DNA from: Anolis carolinensis
Taxonomy: Eukaryota
NCBI RefSeq assembly: GCF_035594765.1
Contig: NC_085845.1
Location: forward strand, 18,036,024 to 18,100,023
Length of the DNA: 64,000 bases
Direction: 5' to 3'
Shown here: in pieces, positions 49,462 through 63,787 of the stretch
Numbering within the stretch: the stretch's first letter is position 1
Layout: every line of letters begins with the position of its first letter
Notes under the pieces: model-generated
Told to the model about the DNA's origin: nothing
Seen by the model: the letters and a program-made list of their open reading frames with translations, nothing else
Databases searched by the model: none
Program-made: the position numbers and the translations under genes

Positions 49462-49552
49462 ATTGCTTCCAGATCGGGCAGCTGCAGCTCTCTGGGGACT
49501 ACATGAAATTAAATTTGATTATGTTATCGGCTACAAGGATGAGGAAAACTAA
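49462..49552 (+). CDS. HSD17B11/13-like gene B exon 7 (stop)
   Basis: LLPDRAAAALWGLHEIKFDYVIGYKDEEN*. Confidence 0.92.
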
Positions 49553-50939
49553 GGAAATGGATTTGTCTATACAGTTTTTATTTTAGCCTTCAATATGTTC
49601 ATATTTTAAATAAGGATAAAATTGAACCCAAAGCAGGTTGTACTGGATTACAATTCCCATTGCCCCCCCCTCTCAATGGGCAGTTGTATGATTTCTCAGG
49701 TCTGAAAAAACTGGAGGGCACCAAATTTGAGAATAATCAAAACAATTAAGAAATGTCCTATCCATGAAACTCTTAGAAAATAACCTCCCACACACTGTAT
49801 ATATTTGTAGAATGGAAATTTCAGTTTTTCTTAAAACTGTGATAATGCCCTATCTCTTACTTTAATAATTGTGATCCACATATTGTTTTTCTCTCTTAAC
49901 AGAGACATTATGAGTTTCTTTTTTCTCTTTTTCAAAGAAAACCTCTAATTCAATCGCTTTAGAGCAGAGTTGGAAATTTTGTGATCCATTGTTATTGATG
50001 TTATTGTCTAGAGATCAAGGAAAGTAATATTCTCACTATTGTCTAGAATACTTTGCCTAGTTCAAATACCACAATTCAGGGACAAACTGGAACATGTCTA
50101 GAGGAGAGTGTCCAAAATGGTTAAAGGTCTGGAAACCATGTCCTTATGAGAAACGGCTTAGGAAGCTAAGTAATTTAGTCTGTCAAAGAGAAGGTTAAGC
50201 GATGACGTGATTACCATGCTTAAACATTGGAAACAATGTCATGCTGACGATGCAACTGGCTTGCTTTCTGCTGCTCCAGAGGCTAGGGTCCCATTTAACT
50301 GTATTGAGCTGGATTATATGGCATTGTAGACTGTGGTCTCTTCCAATTCTATGATTCTATGAATTGCAACTCCCACCATTTCCCATCATTGGTTATGCTT
50401 GTTAAAACTGCTGAATCCAAAAAGATCCAGAAGGCCACTTGATTCCCACCTGTGTTTTAGGGAAAAAAATGTAAGGTATTCCAGAGTGCTATACCAAGCC
50501 TTCTTAAATTGTGGGTCCCAACCTCATGTGCAGTCCTCTTAGCTCAATGTTGGAGTCACCAAAAAATCTGATAAGAACAACATGCAGTGTTTACAATTGA
50601 CTCTGCCGAAAATGCTCCATTTATACTTTATTATAAGAGGAAAAATCAGCCTATTTAGCAAACCTTGCAAATGCTGATTTATTATCAGTAAATATTTGAT
50701 TTTATACTTATTTTATATACCTATATAACTGGGGTTGTGTAAAAATTACTTGGCCAGAAAAGGGTAATGAATGGAAAAAGTTTAAGATGCCCTGTTCTAG
50801 ATGAGAGCTTAGATGCCCTAGAAAGATTTCTTGCAGCTTTTTCATCAATGTATTGAATGATGTAGTAAAGTCCAGTAAATAAACACAACTGTAAAATAAA
50901 TGTTTATGTTGTACATTGTGGCAGTAATGTCATGACAAA

Positions 50940-52910
50940 AATGCATGCAACGATACCTAGCTTCCTGCATTCCTCAGCTGCCTTTTCCACACATTGCTGT
51001 GAAGGAAAATGCATGGAAACCACAGATATGATGTTGGCATGGAGATGGCATACATGCAGAAGTTTTGTACAGAAACCACACTTTCCTGTTCATCATCACT
51101 GACATTTTAAGCAGTCGCGTAGTGATAATATGTAAATATTGGAGTCCTGGGGATAGCCAAGATTAATTATCTTAGAGCCCTTCCACATTGTCCCTTTATC
51201 CCAGAATCTGATCCCAGATTATGTGTTTATCCCAAGTTATGTGGCAGTGGGGACTCATATATTCCAGTTTAAAGCAGATAATCTAGGATCAGATCCTGGG
51301 ATAAAAGGCAATGTGAAAGGGCCCTCAATGAACCTAGCTGGATATAATGTTGACTGTTTCAGCTTAGATGGTGCTGTTTTTAGCCAGTCTCAATGAACAA
51401 CCATTCTGTCTCCATAAAGCAGGCAGCAGCAAACTCTTCTCAGCCACTGGAAGCAAGGTTTATCTCCCACGCTGTGGAAAAAAACATTCAGACCCACTCA
51501 GAAACTCTGCCATGCTTCTGGATCCTGGCTATTCTTTTGCATATCATCCTGCCTGTGTTGTCACACTTGCATATTTATTTATTTAGGGAATTTTTATATC
51601 GCCTTTCTCGCAATGGATCCAAGGCGGCTCACAACAGAAATAAAATATGCAAAGTAACATAAAACCATAAAACCATAAGCTAAAACAGACCACAAAGTTG
51701 TGTAATGCTCCATAGAATCATCCATCTTGTAAACACTTAAATAAAATTACATTAAAATCCCGCTAAGATTCCCACGTGCCCATAAAGTGCTAGGACTCAG
51801 TTAAAATTCAATTAAAGGCTGTTTCAAACAGGAAGGTCTTTACTCCTTTTCTAAATGACAGAAGGGTAGGAACTGATCTGATTTCTTCTGGGAGTGCGTT
51901 CCAAAGCTTTGGAGCCACCCAAATATCTCTCCAAATGTAGATTGTTGATTATTTATTGAATTTCTATCTCACCTTTCTCCCAAAGCCAGCTTATTTATAC
52001 TGCATTGATATTTAAAGTACACTGGGAGGGATGTTGGAGTGAAACCTACACACAAACACGGCCTTTATTGGCATACAACAACAGAATCACAACCCAGGTA
52101 TATACAACAAGACGATATCACAGATAAGAAGAAAACATACTTAAAAATTATTAATCTCAAGGATAAAATTTGCAAGTTTTACAAAAAAAATACATCAGAA
52201 TTGTTCAGAAGATATGGAATTTTATAACGCCCTTGCCACTGAGAGTGCAGCCTAAAAGCAGATCGATCAGGGCAGAGAAGTTCACTCTGTTTGAAGAAAT
52301 GAGTTTATTCGGCATTCCTGGAAAATACATAAAGATTCTCAGAAGCAAAAGAAAGCAGAAAGTAGAAGTTTCTGGGATTAGTCAATGGCAGAACAGAACA
52401 AAGCCATGTTTTGGAAACTTATAGCAGTTGAAAGTATATAGGAATTAAATTGCTAGGGTGGTTTTAATCCCTCCCAGAGATTAGGTGTTGAATTTAAGCA
52501 TGATTTTGGCAAATCTTCAAACAAAGCTTTATGATTCATCATCTTTCAAAACAGGTTTCACCATAATAGCAAAGAACACCCCCAAATGATGTGATGATAG
52601 CTAAAATAAATGTGATTAACCTCTGAGATTTTAAAAGTGATTTTGAATAATAGACCTGTAAACATTTCAAACTTTATGTACTTATGAATGAAACTGGATT
52701 CTTATTTTCAGGTTGGTTATTTTTGGAGATGACAATAGTTAAAATCTTCTGTACTATATAGACTTATTAGCTTTCTGAATACAGCCTCTAAAATGTACTT
52801 TGAATATATATTGCATGAATGAAGAGACTGGGAGGAGGGAGAGAATATTCTTACCAATGAAGCATGAATAAGCAGATTTTTTTAAGGTTCAAAGTACAAC
52901 AGACTATTTA
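50940..52910 (-). pseudogene. Decayed partial copy of gene A (truncated exon 2 plus intron 1 sequence)
   Basis: Acceptor then QCVEKAAEECRKLGIVA at 50996-50946, after which homology breaks; flanks align with ~30847-31200 and ~32780-33455. Confidence 0.85.
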
Positions 52911-54751
52911 TTTTGGTGAAGCTAGAAGCGATTTTCATTTGGCAGAGAAGGCTAAAAACCTTACAAAACTACAACCCCCATAATTTCACATTTAGTCATA
53001 GCAGTTAAAGTGGCGTCAAACTGAATTATTTGTACTTTGTAGATACACCTGATGTTAGATATTTTTGCATTAGCTTGGCAATTTGATTTTGGTAATAGGT
53101 CTTCTTTATTTGCTTCTTCCTTATATAACACTTGGAAATCCATCTTCCACTGATCTTACCCTGGAAGGTGTGCAGACCAGACCAATTCAATTCCTATTTA
53201 GACACCCATGCTGACTGAATTTGGTAGTTTTAAGTAGAAGTAGTTTGGGGATCTAGGTCTACCATTAGCTATGAAGAGATGTTGGACCCTTCAGTGAAAA
53301 TACTGGATGCATCTTTGTCATTTATCATCTGCTGCATAATTTACCACAAATAAAACACAGCAGTGATGTATCAGTAATGGGCACTGAAGGCCTGGAGCTA
53401 TACACAGTTCTGGCCCATAAATATTCAAGACAACAAGCATTCACTAGTTGTTTAATGACTTAACTGCAAATTTCTCCATTTTCTATAAATCAGACATTCT
53501 CCAGATTGTCACGTTAAATACCTCATAGAGAATATTAAAAAAGATTCTCCAACTGGAATTATTTTTCTCTATGCTCCTATTTGATCTCCAAAATGAAAGC
53601 CAAGCAATAATTACATTTTTTTATTGTGTCAGAAGCGACTTGAGAACATACTGCAAGTTGCTTCTAGTGTGAGGGAATTGGCCGTCTATGGAGACGTTGC
53701 CTAGGGGACGACTGGATGAGTTACCATCCTGCTGGGAGGCTTCTCTCATGTACCTGCAAGCTAGAGCTGACAGATGGGAGCTCATTCCATCTCGAGGATT
53801 CGAACCGGCAACCTTCAGGTCAGCAAATCAACCTTTAGTTCAGCAGTCCAGCCGGCACAAGGGTTTAACCCATTGTGCCACCTCAATGGGCATTTGTCGG
53901 GGAGGCAAATAATTACATAAAGGAAAAGCAAACATTTACCATTGTTGTTTCTCTCAGTTACTACAAACAATAGAGAACACAGAGCTCTGCCAGTTTTAAT
54001 AGTAATGTCATAAATGGGCTTCATTGCTACAGCATGCTCCTAATTTTGTACTTTCCAACTGTTCCAATTTGGCAGTGTAATCTCAAGTAATCTTCTCTCT
54101 CTCATTGCCTCTTTAAACTGCTTTTCGAATGCACATTTTCTCTTCTTCCCCTTTCTGTCCTCAGATTACTTCAATTGCTTCAAGCTAAGTGTAAAGTGAA
54201 AAAATATTTTGCACTCATTTCATTCTGTGAGAGCAGGGAATGGGGCAGAATCTTGCCCTTTCTTGTAGGTTCAGGGTAAAGCAAACTGCTGTAACCTCTC
54301 CCAGCTTGGCTGTTCTTCAGTTCAATAACTTTTATTATTTTCAGCATATTCTAATGTTAATTGGCTTTGTATTCTGGCTTTGTATTCAGTTTTGGCTAGA
54401 GCTTTGCAGGCAAAATTTAATCACTGCTCCCCACCCATTTAACATCACAACATCTACCTCTTCCTTGAATCCAACTGATAAATGCAAAAGGAAAAAAAAT
54501 ACTGTTAAGCAATATTGCCTGATGAAGTTCCAACAGGCTGCCAAACCACAATAGCATTCCCTTGAAATGTTCCACACCTTGTGTAGAAAACCAACGTATC
54601 CCTTACAAACCAAGTAATTTGAGCTTGATCCAAGCTTAAAAACCATGTGGTGGAGAGACAACCTGTAAGCTTCGATGTCTGATAAATGAATAACAGTATC
54701 CAAATACAGGAGCTGAAGATTGCTCACAGTGCCAAAAAGCAATAGACGAAA

Positions 54752-54961
54752 ATGTATCTTTTGTTTGAGATCCCGTTGTTTCTCCTTGTCACCCTCTACT
54801 CCTATTTAGAGGCCTTTGTCAAACTCTTCATCCCTGCAAAGAAAAAATCTATCAGTGGAGAACTTGTCCTCATCACTGGATCCGGCCATGGACTTGGAAG
54901 AGCCACCGCTTATGAATTTGCGAAGCGTCAATGCAACTTAGTTCTGTGGGATATCAATAAG
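54752..54961 (+). CDS. HSD17B11/HSD17B13-like SDR, gene C exon 1
   Basis: [70 protein letters not shown]|GTAGGA. Confidence 0.94.
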
Positions 54962-55626
54962 GTAGGAGAAGCACAACGGCAGATGCAGTTTGACATTTGT
55001 TCCTTAAAGAGTCATATAGTAATTCTACTTGAGAATTAACACTGTAAATTAAAAAATAGTATTTCTGGAATCCTGCATTGCTTGCTGTTCTTGTTATGAT
55101 ACTTCCAATTAGCTCTGAGTTATAGTGACTTGGACTGCATTTGCATTGTAAAATTCATGTCATTTGACATCACTTTAGCTGCCATGATTCAATGCAGTGG
55201 AATCATGGAAGTTGAAGTTTACTGAGACACCAAATACACTTTGACAAACAAGGCTAAAGACTTTCTTTAAAACTACAACTCTCATGATCCCATGGCATTG
55301 ACTCACGGATGTTAATGTGGTGTCAAATTGCATTAATTTTATAATGCAAATGTGTCCTTGACCAAACGGTTTTCTTGAAAAGAATTATTCAGAGATGGTT
55401 TGCCATTGCTTTCTCCTGAGGCCAAGAGAGTGGGACTTGCCCAAGGTCACCTAGCAGGTTTCCATGGCTGGGTGTAAATTAGATTGTGCTCTCCAAAAGT
55501 TGCAATTCACAAGCAAAGCATCAAGATGAATACCTCATTCGAATTTAAACTTAATGAAAATTCATCTGAAAATTCCTATTCCCTACAATCAACTCAGTTG
55601 CACTCTCACAGTGAGATTTTCCCATA

Positions 55627-55909
55627 GGTAAAGGTTTCCCCTGAAGTTAAGTCCAGTCATGTCTGACTCTGGGGGTTGGTGCTCATCTCCATTTCTAAGC
55701 CGAAGAGCCAGCGTTGTCTGTAGACACCTCCAAGGTCATGTGGCCGGCATGACTGCATGGAGCGCTGTTACCTTCCCGTCGGAGCGGTACCTATTGATCT
55801 ACTCACATTGGCATGTTTTCGAACTGCTAGGTTGGCAGAAGCCGGAGCTAACAGCGGGCGCTCACTCCGCTCCCGGGATTTGAACCTGGGACCTTTCGGT
55901 CTGCAAGTT
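55627..55909 (-). mobile_element. Sauria-type SINE (5' truncated)
   Basis: Near-identical to 11484-11760. Confidence 0.88.
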
Positions 55910-58229
55910 TCCCATATAAGCTAGCAATTATACCTGCAAATTAAGCCCATGTTCACCTTCCAATGACCAGTCATAAAATAAAGAGCTCTGATATCAGATA
56001 AACAGCTGAGGAAAATCCTATGCTTTGGCAAACAGACTCCTTTTTAAGTATTTATGGAAACAAGTTAATATATTAATAATTATTTGTTACTTCTCAAAAG
56101 GCAAACCCCTGAAGAGCTATCCAGCTATGTCTACCTGTTAATCTTTAAGCTTTTTTGACTTTGACCTCAGTAAAATATTTTAATGCTGAAACTTTCTCTT
56201 ACTTTCTGTTTTTCTGCTTCTCAATTTTCTTACAAAAACATATATCCAGAAGATAGAAATTTACTTTTTGAGGACTACAGATCTTAGAATTTGATGGGAA
56301 TTGACCAAAGAGTTGGCCTGTAGTACCTTCAATTTACACAGAGAACACATTAATCAAATCCATGATTAGTCAAATCCTCAGAAGTTAAACAAGAAAATGT
56401 AGAGGGCTGCATGTAGTCAAGATATACACTTCTTTGCATAGGAAAGGATCGGGGCCAGAAATAGGCTGTTTAGGCTGTACTTTATTTCAGTCTCTTGCTA
56501 CTTCTCAAAGATATCACAATAGAAGCATAGATAGAGTAATAGCTTTCCCCAAATGTCCACAAGAAAATAAGCTAAATATACAATTTGTTCTCATTTCGTT
56601 CCTTCCTGGAAATGGGATTGGCCAGTATGGATCCTTGAATTCCATGAAAATAATAATAATAAAATTACAAATTACCCACCTCTCTCTATGATTCTATGAT
56701 TCTGCAGCTCGAGGCGGTATACAACATAATTAAAACAAGATATAAAACGCTATTCAAAGGCATACAACAAAATACACAGAGTTAAAATATTACCTAAACC
56801 ACACTGACAAACAAAAATCTTTATTATGGTGATAGATCAACATAAGGAGAATGGGGTACAATCTCATAAAACATTGTACATTAAAAGGCTAGAAAACAGT
56901 GATATTTTGAAAGCTAAAACATTTAGAGAAGGGAAGGGACTAGGAAGAAATGGAGAGGAAGGGAGATTGATGTACGGGTAGGAACATTCAGGGCACAGGG
57001 GACTGGGGTGGGAGGAACTGATTTACATTTCAGTTAGCTGATAGTTAGATTGTCAACCTTTAGAACCAGTCATCACCTGGCAGATTTTAAATGCTGCTGC
57101 ACAAAACTTGGCAGCATTATGGGTTATAACTGGATTGGTATCTGAGAGCAGCAGGTTGGTGTAAAATTGTCCTGAACGGCCTGGATAATTTATACCAAAG
57201 GCAGGATGAATCTAGATCGAATGTCCCTGTCAAACAGGCACAGGAGGAGCACATGCTCAGTTGTTTCTATTTGACCCGAGTCACAAGGGCAGAGTCTCTC
57301 TGATGAAATGCAGGTTAAAATTCACAACTTAAAATTGATCGGGTAGCCCTGCTGGAAGAGATGGGTCTTCAACTGAGTCTTAAATTCCAACAGCTGAACC
57401 TCTTCTGGCAGGTTTCACATTCTTGTGGCTGCTGATGAAAAGGTCTTCTGAGTGATGGTTACCAGTTGGGTTCTGGCAGGATGGATTAGACACCCTTCAG
57501 ATGACCTAAGTGTGCAGGACGGATTGTATGGGAGAAGCCGAACCTATAGATAATCTGGACTGAAACCATGGAGGGCTTTAAAGGTCAACGCTTTGTACTT
57601 TGGATTGGCCATGTTCCAGTAGCATTCTCTCCCAAAGTTTCACTTGAGTCTGTGGCTGGCATCTTCAGAACTTCTGAAGATGCTAGCTACAGATGTGTTA
57701 TTGAACACCACTATCCACCTCCCCCTACATAAAAGAGGATTTATAGTTAGGGATTTATAGTTTGGCATGCAGACCCAACCGTAAGAAATGGGGCCACAAA
57801 GTGGAGTCCACGACAAGCGAGTGTGGAGAAGAGCAAACCACAGACCACCTATTACAATGCAGTTTGAGCCCTGCCACATGCACTATGGAGGACCTTCTTA
57901 TACCAAAGGCACTCCAAGTGCCCATCTACTAGTCAAAGGACATTTAATATAATGCCAAGTTTTTAAAACTTTGTATTTTTAAATAAATTACAACTGTATC
58001 CTTGGTTTGCTTCTGATATGATAAATAAATAAATATGTTTGGCAAGGACATCATGCTGAAATGGTATAAAGGGGGTTAAGTCTTGGCCACCTTACAACAG
58101 GACTAACAGCAGCAAGAATCCCCTTCCCATGCTATTCGAACATCTGGGTAGCCTGGGAAAGTCATAGTCTCATCATCTCCAGGCAGCCCAGGAAAAACCA
58201 AGATAACAACTGTTATATTTTATTTCTGC

Positions 58230-58231
<2 letters not shown>

Positions 58232-58292
<61 letters not shown>
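58232..58292. repeat. (TA)n microsatellite
   Basis: About 30 perfect TA units. Confidence 0.95.
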
Positions 58293-58294
<2 letters not shown>

Positions 58295-58996
58295 TATTTC
58301 TCAAATCTAGAATATATAAATTATACCTTTACTTTTCCTTATTCTTAAATGTGCCAAATATAAGAAACGGTATAAACTGCTTGGTTCAGGCCGCAGAGAG
58401 CTATTAACTAAGAATGCTTCTCAGCCCCAGGCAAAGACTATGGCAAAAGATTGTGATAGCTCCTCAATAGACATCTTTGTTTACCCAGCCCAGCCATTGT
58501 TCTCCAGGGCCTGGGATCAATAATTCCTGGACCCTTGCTGGCCTTGAATGGCAGCACTCTTTTCAGATTCCTCTCCATCCACAGAGCTTTCCCCAGCTGG
58601 CTGGGAGAGGATTTCCAGCCACATCATTGGAGCTCAGCCAACCAGAAACAAGAAAGATGGGTCAAACTGAACAATTGACCTGGTTGTATAAAACTGTTGT
58701 GCAGACTACATGCTCTCTATACTTGCACCTTTAAGGCAAGAACCTTGCTTGCAAGATGGACTTTGGAGTTTTCCAACTTGGTACAGAGGTAGACAAATAT
58801 AAAGTGCATTGCAGAAGTCCATTTTGAGGTTGTCAGCATGTATCCCATCCCCAATGTTTGGGTAATGGAAAGGCAATTGAAATAAATAATACATAAGATT
58901 TATGTTTCATGTTGTGGAAGCAGAGAATAAATTGATATTATTGTTGTTGTAATGCTGATTGTGGTGGTGACAATGGTGATTTCTTTCCAACTGCAG

Positions 58997-59104
58997 CATG
59001 GTGTTGAGGAAACGGCTGAGGAGTGTAAGAGGCTGGGAGCCACTGCACATGCATTTGTGGTGGACTGTAGCAAAAAAGAGGACATCTACAAAACTGCAGA
59101 GAAA
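58997..59104 (+). CDS. HSD17B11/13-like gene C exon 2
   Basis: HGVEETAEECKRLGATAHAFVVDCSKKEDIYKTAEK|GTAAGA. Confidence 0.93.
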
Positions 59105-60554
59105 GTAAGACTTAAATTCTGAAAAACCTTCCAAAGCTTGAAAATAAATCTATCCCTGTGTCTACCTTTTGACCTTTCTCACTTTTCCTCCCTCTCCTTT
59201 TATCTCTTTGTTTCTATTCATCTATCTAACCTGCCTTTCTCCCAACCTGGGAACCAAGGTATCGCATACCATGAATTAAAACAGAGTATCCTATTGATTA
59301 AAAAATAAATATTTAAGAACAATCCTACCATTAATAGATTCCTATATGGTTACAAATACTTGTTGTTTTTGATGATGATGTTTAAAGGTCTCTCAGCAGA
59401 ACGAGAAAATCACCTGGGACGGGGTGGAGGGGTTGCCTCCTATTACAGCAGTGGTTCTCAACCTGTGGGTCCCCAGATGTTTTGGCCTTCAACTCCCAGA
59501 AACCCTAACAGCTGGTAAACTGGCTGGGATTTCTGGGAGTTGTAGACCAAAACACCTGGGGACACACAGGTTGAGTACCATTGTATTAGGGGAAATTCTA
59601 CAGCTTAGAGAAAGGCTCCAAAAAGGATGTCCCACATGTACTCACTAAACTTACCAGTGATAGTGGTCAAAACTCTTCCTGTTGGATTGTAAACCCAAAT
59701 CAGGCTCATATCACAGTCTTTCAATCATTTTCTGGAAATATAAGTTATAACTAGATATCTCAATAATACTTACATGCATGCATACACACACACGCACATA
59801 CAGAGAGAGAGAGGGGCTGCTATATTTTGGATATGAGAAAATATTGTCAAAAATAGACCCCCCCCTTCGAAAATATAAACCCAACACGAGTTCTGAAGTC
59901 AATATGAATTGTATTATATTTTCTACATTATATGAAATTTTGTAATACCTAAATATTAACATTTCTGGACATCCTCAACATCAGTGAGTGACACCAAATC
60001 CCAAATAACCTCTCCAAGCAATTGAACTGTATAGGAGACAGAACTGAGCTAGAGTGTCAAATAAGAATGCTCTAGCACCCTCCCACACCTTCAAGTTTGC
60101 CCTTCTAAGAAAGACCAGAAGTCTTAATGTATAATTATGCATCTTGGGTTCCCATATGTTGGCTTAGATTGATGTTGTCCTCACTCTCAGTAAAGTAAGC
60201 AACAAGAGGATGCTCACCTGAGGCTGGATCTACACTGTACCATATAATCCACTTTCTGAATGCCAATTAACTGCATTGAATTGGATTATATGAGTCTACA
60301 TTGCTGTATAATCCAGTTCAATGCAGTTAATCGGCATTCAGAAACTGGATTATAAGGCAATATAGATGCTGACTGAAAAAAGCCCTGTCAAGTGGCTTTT
60401 TGCAATTGTCTGCAATTTATGCAACAGATTCCAGCACAGCTAGCCCTCCCTGATAGCTCTGTCTCCTTGGGCTGTTTTACAGCCAACTGCTTATAGACCC
60501 TGTTCCAAGTATGATAGACCCTTCCTTAATCTATTTTTTAAATTCATTTTAAAG

Positions 60555-60686
60555 GTCAAAGAAGAGATTGGTGACGTGAGCATTTTGATGAATAATGCCG
60601 GTGTGGTATCTCCAACAGATGTGATGTCCACTGATGACCGTGACATTCAAAAAACATTTGAAGTCAACATTCTTGCTCATTATTGG
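60555..60686 (+). CDS. HSD17B11/13-like gene C exon 3
   Basis: VKEEIGDVSILMNNAGVVSPTDVMSTDDRDIQKTFEVNILAHYW. Confidence 0.93.
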
Positions 60687-61090
60687 GTAATAACTGTTAA
60701 AAGGTTTTGTGTTGTTAGTCCAGCCCTGTTGTAAGACCAAATTGGTGAGCAAATGAACGTGTAATAAACTAAACTGACCATCAATGGATGCAGTTGTACT
60801 CAGATTTACTGCATGGCTCAGGTTGAGCTGCAATTCCCACAAGCACTACAGAGTGTGTTGATTTTATGGAATTGATTGTGGTCAGTAGCTGTAACATTAC
60901 AGCTCAGAAAGTCAAGCAAATTTTATTTTTATCTCAGCATCATCTAATTTTAGTCTTGTTTCAGCTGATTCCATTTTCTCACATTGGTCCAGTTCCTAAC
61001 ATGTCAGATAAGTGGGAGCTTCCTGGATTTATAGCTGACTAGTAGGAAGACAGAAAGGAAGGCTTCCCTTGAAGATGGCCTGAAAACTCT

Positions 61091-61712
61091 TCGAACACTT
61101 CCCAAGCGTCTTGGACTGTGTGATGTATTTTTGGATGATGCGCGCAGATCCTAGTAGGGTGGCCTTTTGCAGTTGGCAGATCGTAATTTTGTCAATGTCT
61201 ATTGTTTCCAAATGCCGGCTGAGATCTTTTGGCATGGCACCCAATGTGCCGATCACCACTGGGACCACCTGTACTGGTTTCTGCCAGAGTCTTTGAAGTT
61301 CAATCTTGAGGTCCTGATAGCGGCTGAGTTTTTCCTTTCGTTTTTCATCAATGCGAATGTCACCTGGGATGGCAACATCAATGATCCAAACCTTTTTCTT
61401 TTCCACAACTGTGAGGTCTGGTGTGTTGTGTTCCAGAACTTTGTCAGTCTGGATTTGGAAATCCTACAGTATCTCTGTGTGTTCATTTTCCAATACTTTT
61501 GCAGGTTTGTGATCCGACCAGTTCTTTACTGCTGGGAGGTGGTACTTGAGGCATACGTTCCAATGAATCATTTGGGCCACATAGTTGTGCCTCTGTTTGT
61601 AGTCTGTCTGTGCAATTTTCTTACAGCAGCTGAGGATATGATCAATGGTTTTGTCAGTTTCCTTGCACAGTCTGCATTTTGGGTCATCAGCTGATTTTTC
61701 AATCTTGGCCTT
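61091..61712 (-). mobile_element. Dong/R4-type LINE 3' fragment (CCHC knuckle plus REL endonuclease), disrupted
   Basis: CRLCKETD...HILSCCKK...RHN zinc knuckle, PDL and DVAIPGD motifs; homologous to 8400-8700. Confidence 0.82.
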
Positions 61713-62044
61713 GTGCTCTGGTGCTCTAGCTCAAGCAAAAACATTAGCAACATCTAAGCATCTCATAAAATTACAAATCCCAGAATGCATGGGAAACTTA
61801 GAATTCTGTAGTATAGTACAGAATTAGAATTCTGAATATCTCATAAATTCCCAAAATTCCATAGGATAGGCAAAGTGGCATCATAGTGCCATAATGGTAT
61901 AAAATACCCAAAGAATATTGTTTTATTTTATAATGTTTATATATTGCTTTCCGGTCATAATATGGTTGTAATTCTTATTTTAGTGAAATATAAGAAACAG
62001 TTACTTTCTATGGATAGTTAATTTCCCAATCTTTTTATTTTCAG

Positions 62045-62151
62045 ACAACAAAAGCATTTGTGCCAACCATGATGAGAAATAACCATGGTCATGTTGTCAC
62101 AGTGGCTTCTGCTGGAGGCCATACAGTGGCACCTTTTCTTGTGGCTTATTG
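62045..62151 (+). CDS. HSD17B11/13-like gene C exon 4
   Basis: [35 protein letters not shown]. Confidence 0.93.
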
Positions 62152-62309
62152 GTAAGTGTGACAAGAATATCCCCAGTCACCCAAAAGGATGTCTTTTTCA
62201 GTCCAGTCAAAGCAGTCCAGCTACATTTTCAAGACACCACTTCAACCACACATTATGTATACATTATTACTCACACTACCTAATCACGTTTCAATTATTT
62301 TTCTTTTAG

Positions 62310-62447
62310 CTCATCTAAATTTGCTGCTGTCGGTTTTCACAGAGCTTTGACAGCTGAGTTGGCTGCATTGGGGAAGCATGGAGTTAAAACATCATGTGTT
62401 TGTCCTATGTTTATAAACAGTGACTTTGTCAAAAATCCATCTTCGAG
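62310..62447 (+). CDS. HSD17B11/13-like gene C exon 5 (exons 6-7 expected beyond the window)
   Basis: SSKFAAVGFHRALTAELAALGKHGVKTSCVCPMFINSDFVKNPSS|GTAAGG. Confidence 0.93.
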
Positions 62448-63736
62448 GTAAGGTTAGTGGGACACTAGCGTTGAAAAAAAAACCCACAGCTATATAAGTA
62501 TTTCTCTGTAGTTCCTGTATTTTCCTGTTTTGTTTTGTTTTGTTTTTTTGTCATATAGTTCAGAGAATGACAACCTGCAGTATTTTAGATGCTATGAATC
62601 AACTATTCTCTTTAACCAAGATGGCTGGGACATAAGGTCCCAAATTTTATATAAATTGATGCCCAGTTTGCAATTTTATTTCCTGCCTCAAATAAACCTA
62701 TTCTAACATTTTTAGAATAACACTCCTGATGTTAGGATATGTTATGTCGTTAAGATGAAACTGTATGGAAACCTGAAGGACTCACTAAAATGCAACTCTC
62801 ATGATTCTGTAGCATAAAGCCATGGTAGTTAAAGTTGTGTCATTAGCATTAGTTTTATAGTGTACCCAATATCTTTATTTATCTTCTTCTCATGTCTTTG
62901 TTATGATAAAAGCCTGGAAAACCTATTTTATTGGATCGTGTGAGCTAGGGGATTGTGGAAGATGTAGTAAAATAAGCCTTCTTCAACTTTAGTGTTAGTT
63001 GCCATTAGTCAAAAAGGCCTTGAAGGCACACAACTCAAACAATCCCATATATTGGGGAACTTGCCTCGGTATGCTTTGGATGATAGCTTCATAACTCTTA
63101 ACATAACTCCTCATGCTGACTGGTACTTCTGTAAGTTAAGGTCTTTGATTTGAAGCCATCTGGAGAACTAAAGGTCTTCAACTCCTCATTTCTTTTAAGT
63201 TTTTCTTGTATTGCTTTGAATTCTGGCTCTTGCTCTTACACAGTGTTTATATCTCGCCATTGGGAAAATAGCTCAAAAAAGAGGTTTCTACAACTAAAGA
63301 TGCTAGCAGTGGAAATCCTAGAGTCCAAATGGAATAGAGGGAGATGGGGTTCCTTGATATCAGTAAGCCAGTTCCTACATATGAATCTGGAGGAGATTAG
63401 CATCACTTCCCTAAAATGGCTCCGGAGGGATATTTATTCCACCCATACCCTGATTACATTCGGAGATTTAACCTCTGTTAGGAGACTGTATGTGCTAAGG
63501 CCTGTCCTATAAAAGTGGGGAATCAAAAGCAGAAGGGTTTTTGTAGACCCAGATATTCGTCCCCTTATAACTTGGCTTGGACCAAAACCTCAGAATTAAC
63601 GGACTCCACAGGCAGCTTCCAACAATTCCCAACCCCAATCCAAACAAACTCACAAAAGGGTGTTTAGTGTGGATAGATGTTAGCCACCTTGATTCCCCAT
63701 GGGGAGAAAGGTGGGATATCAATAAGGATGATGATG

Positions 63737-63786
<50 letters not shown>

Positions 63787-63787
<1 letters not shown>

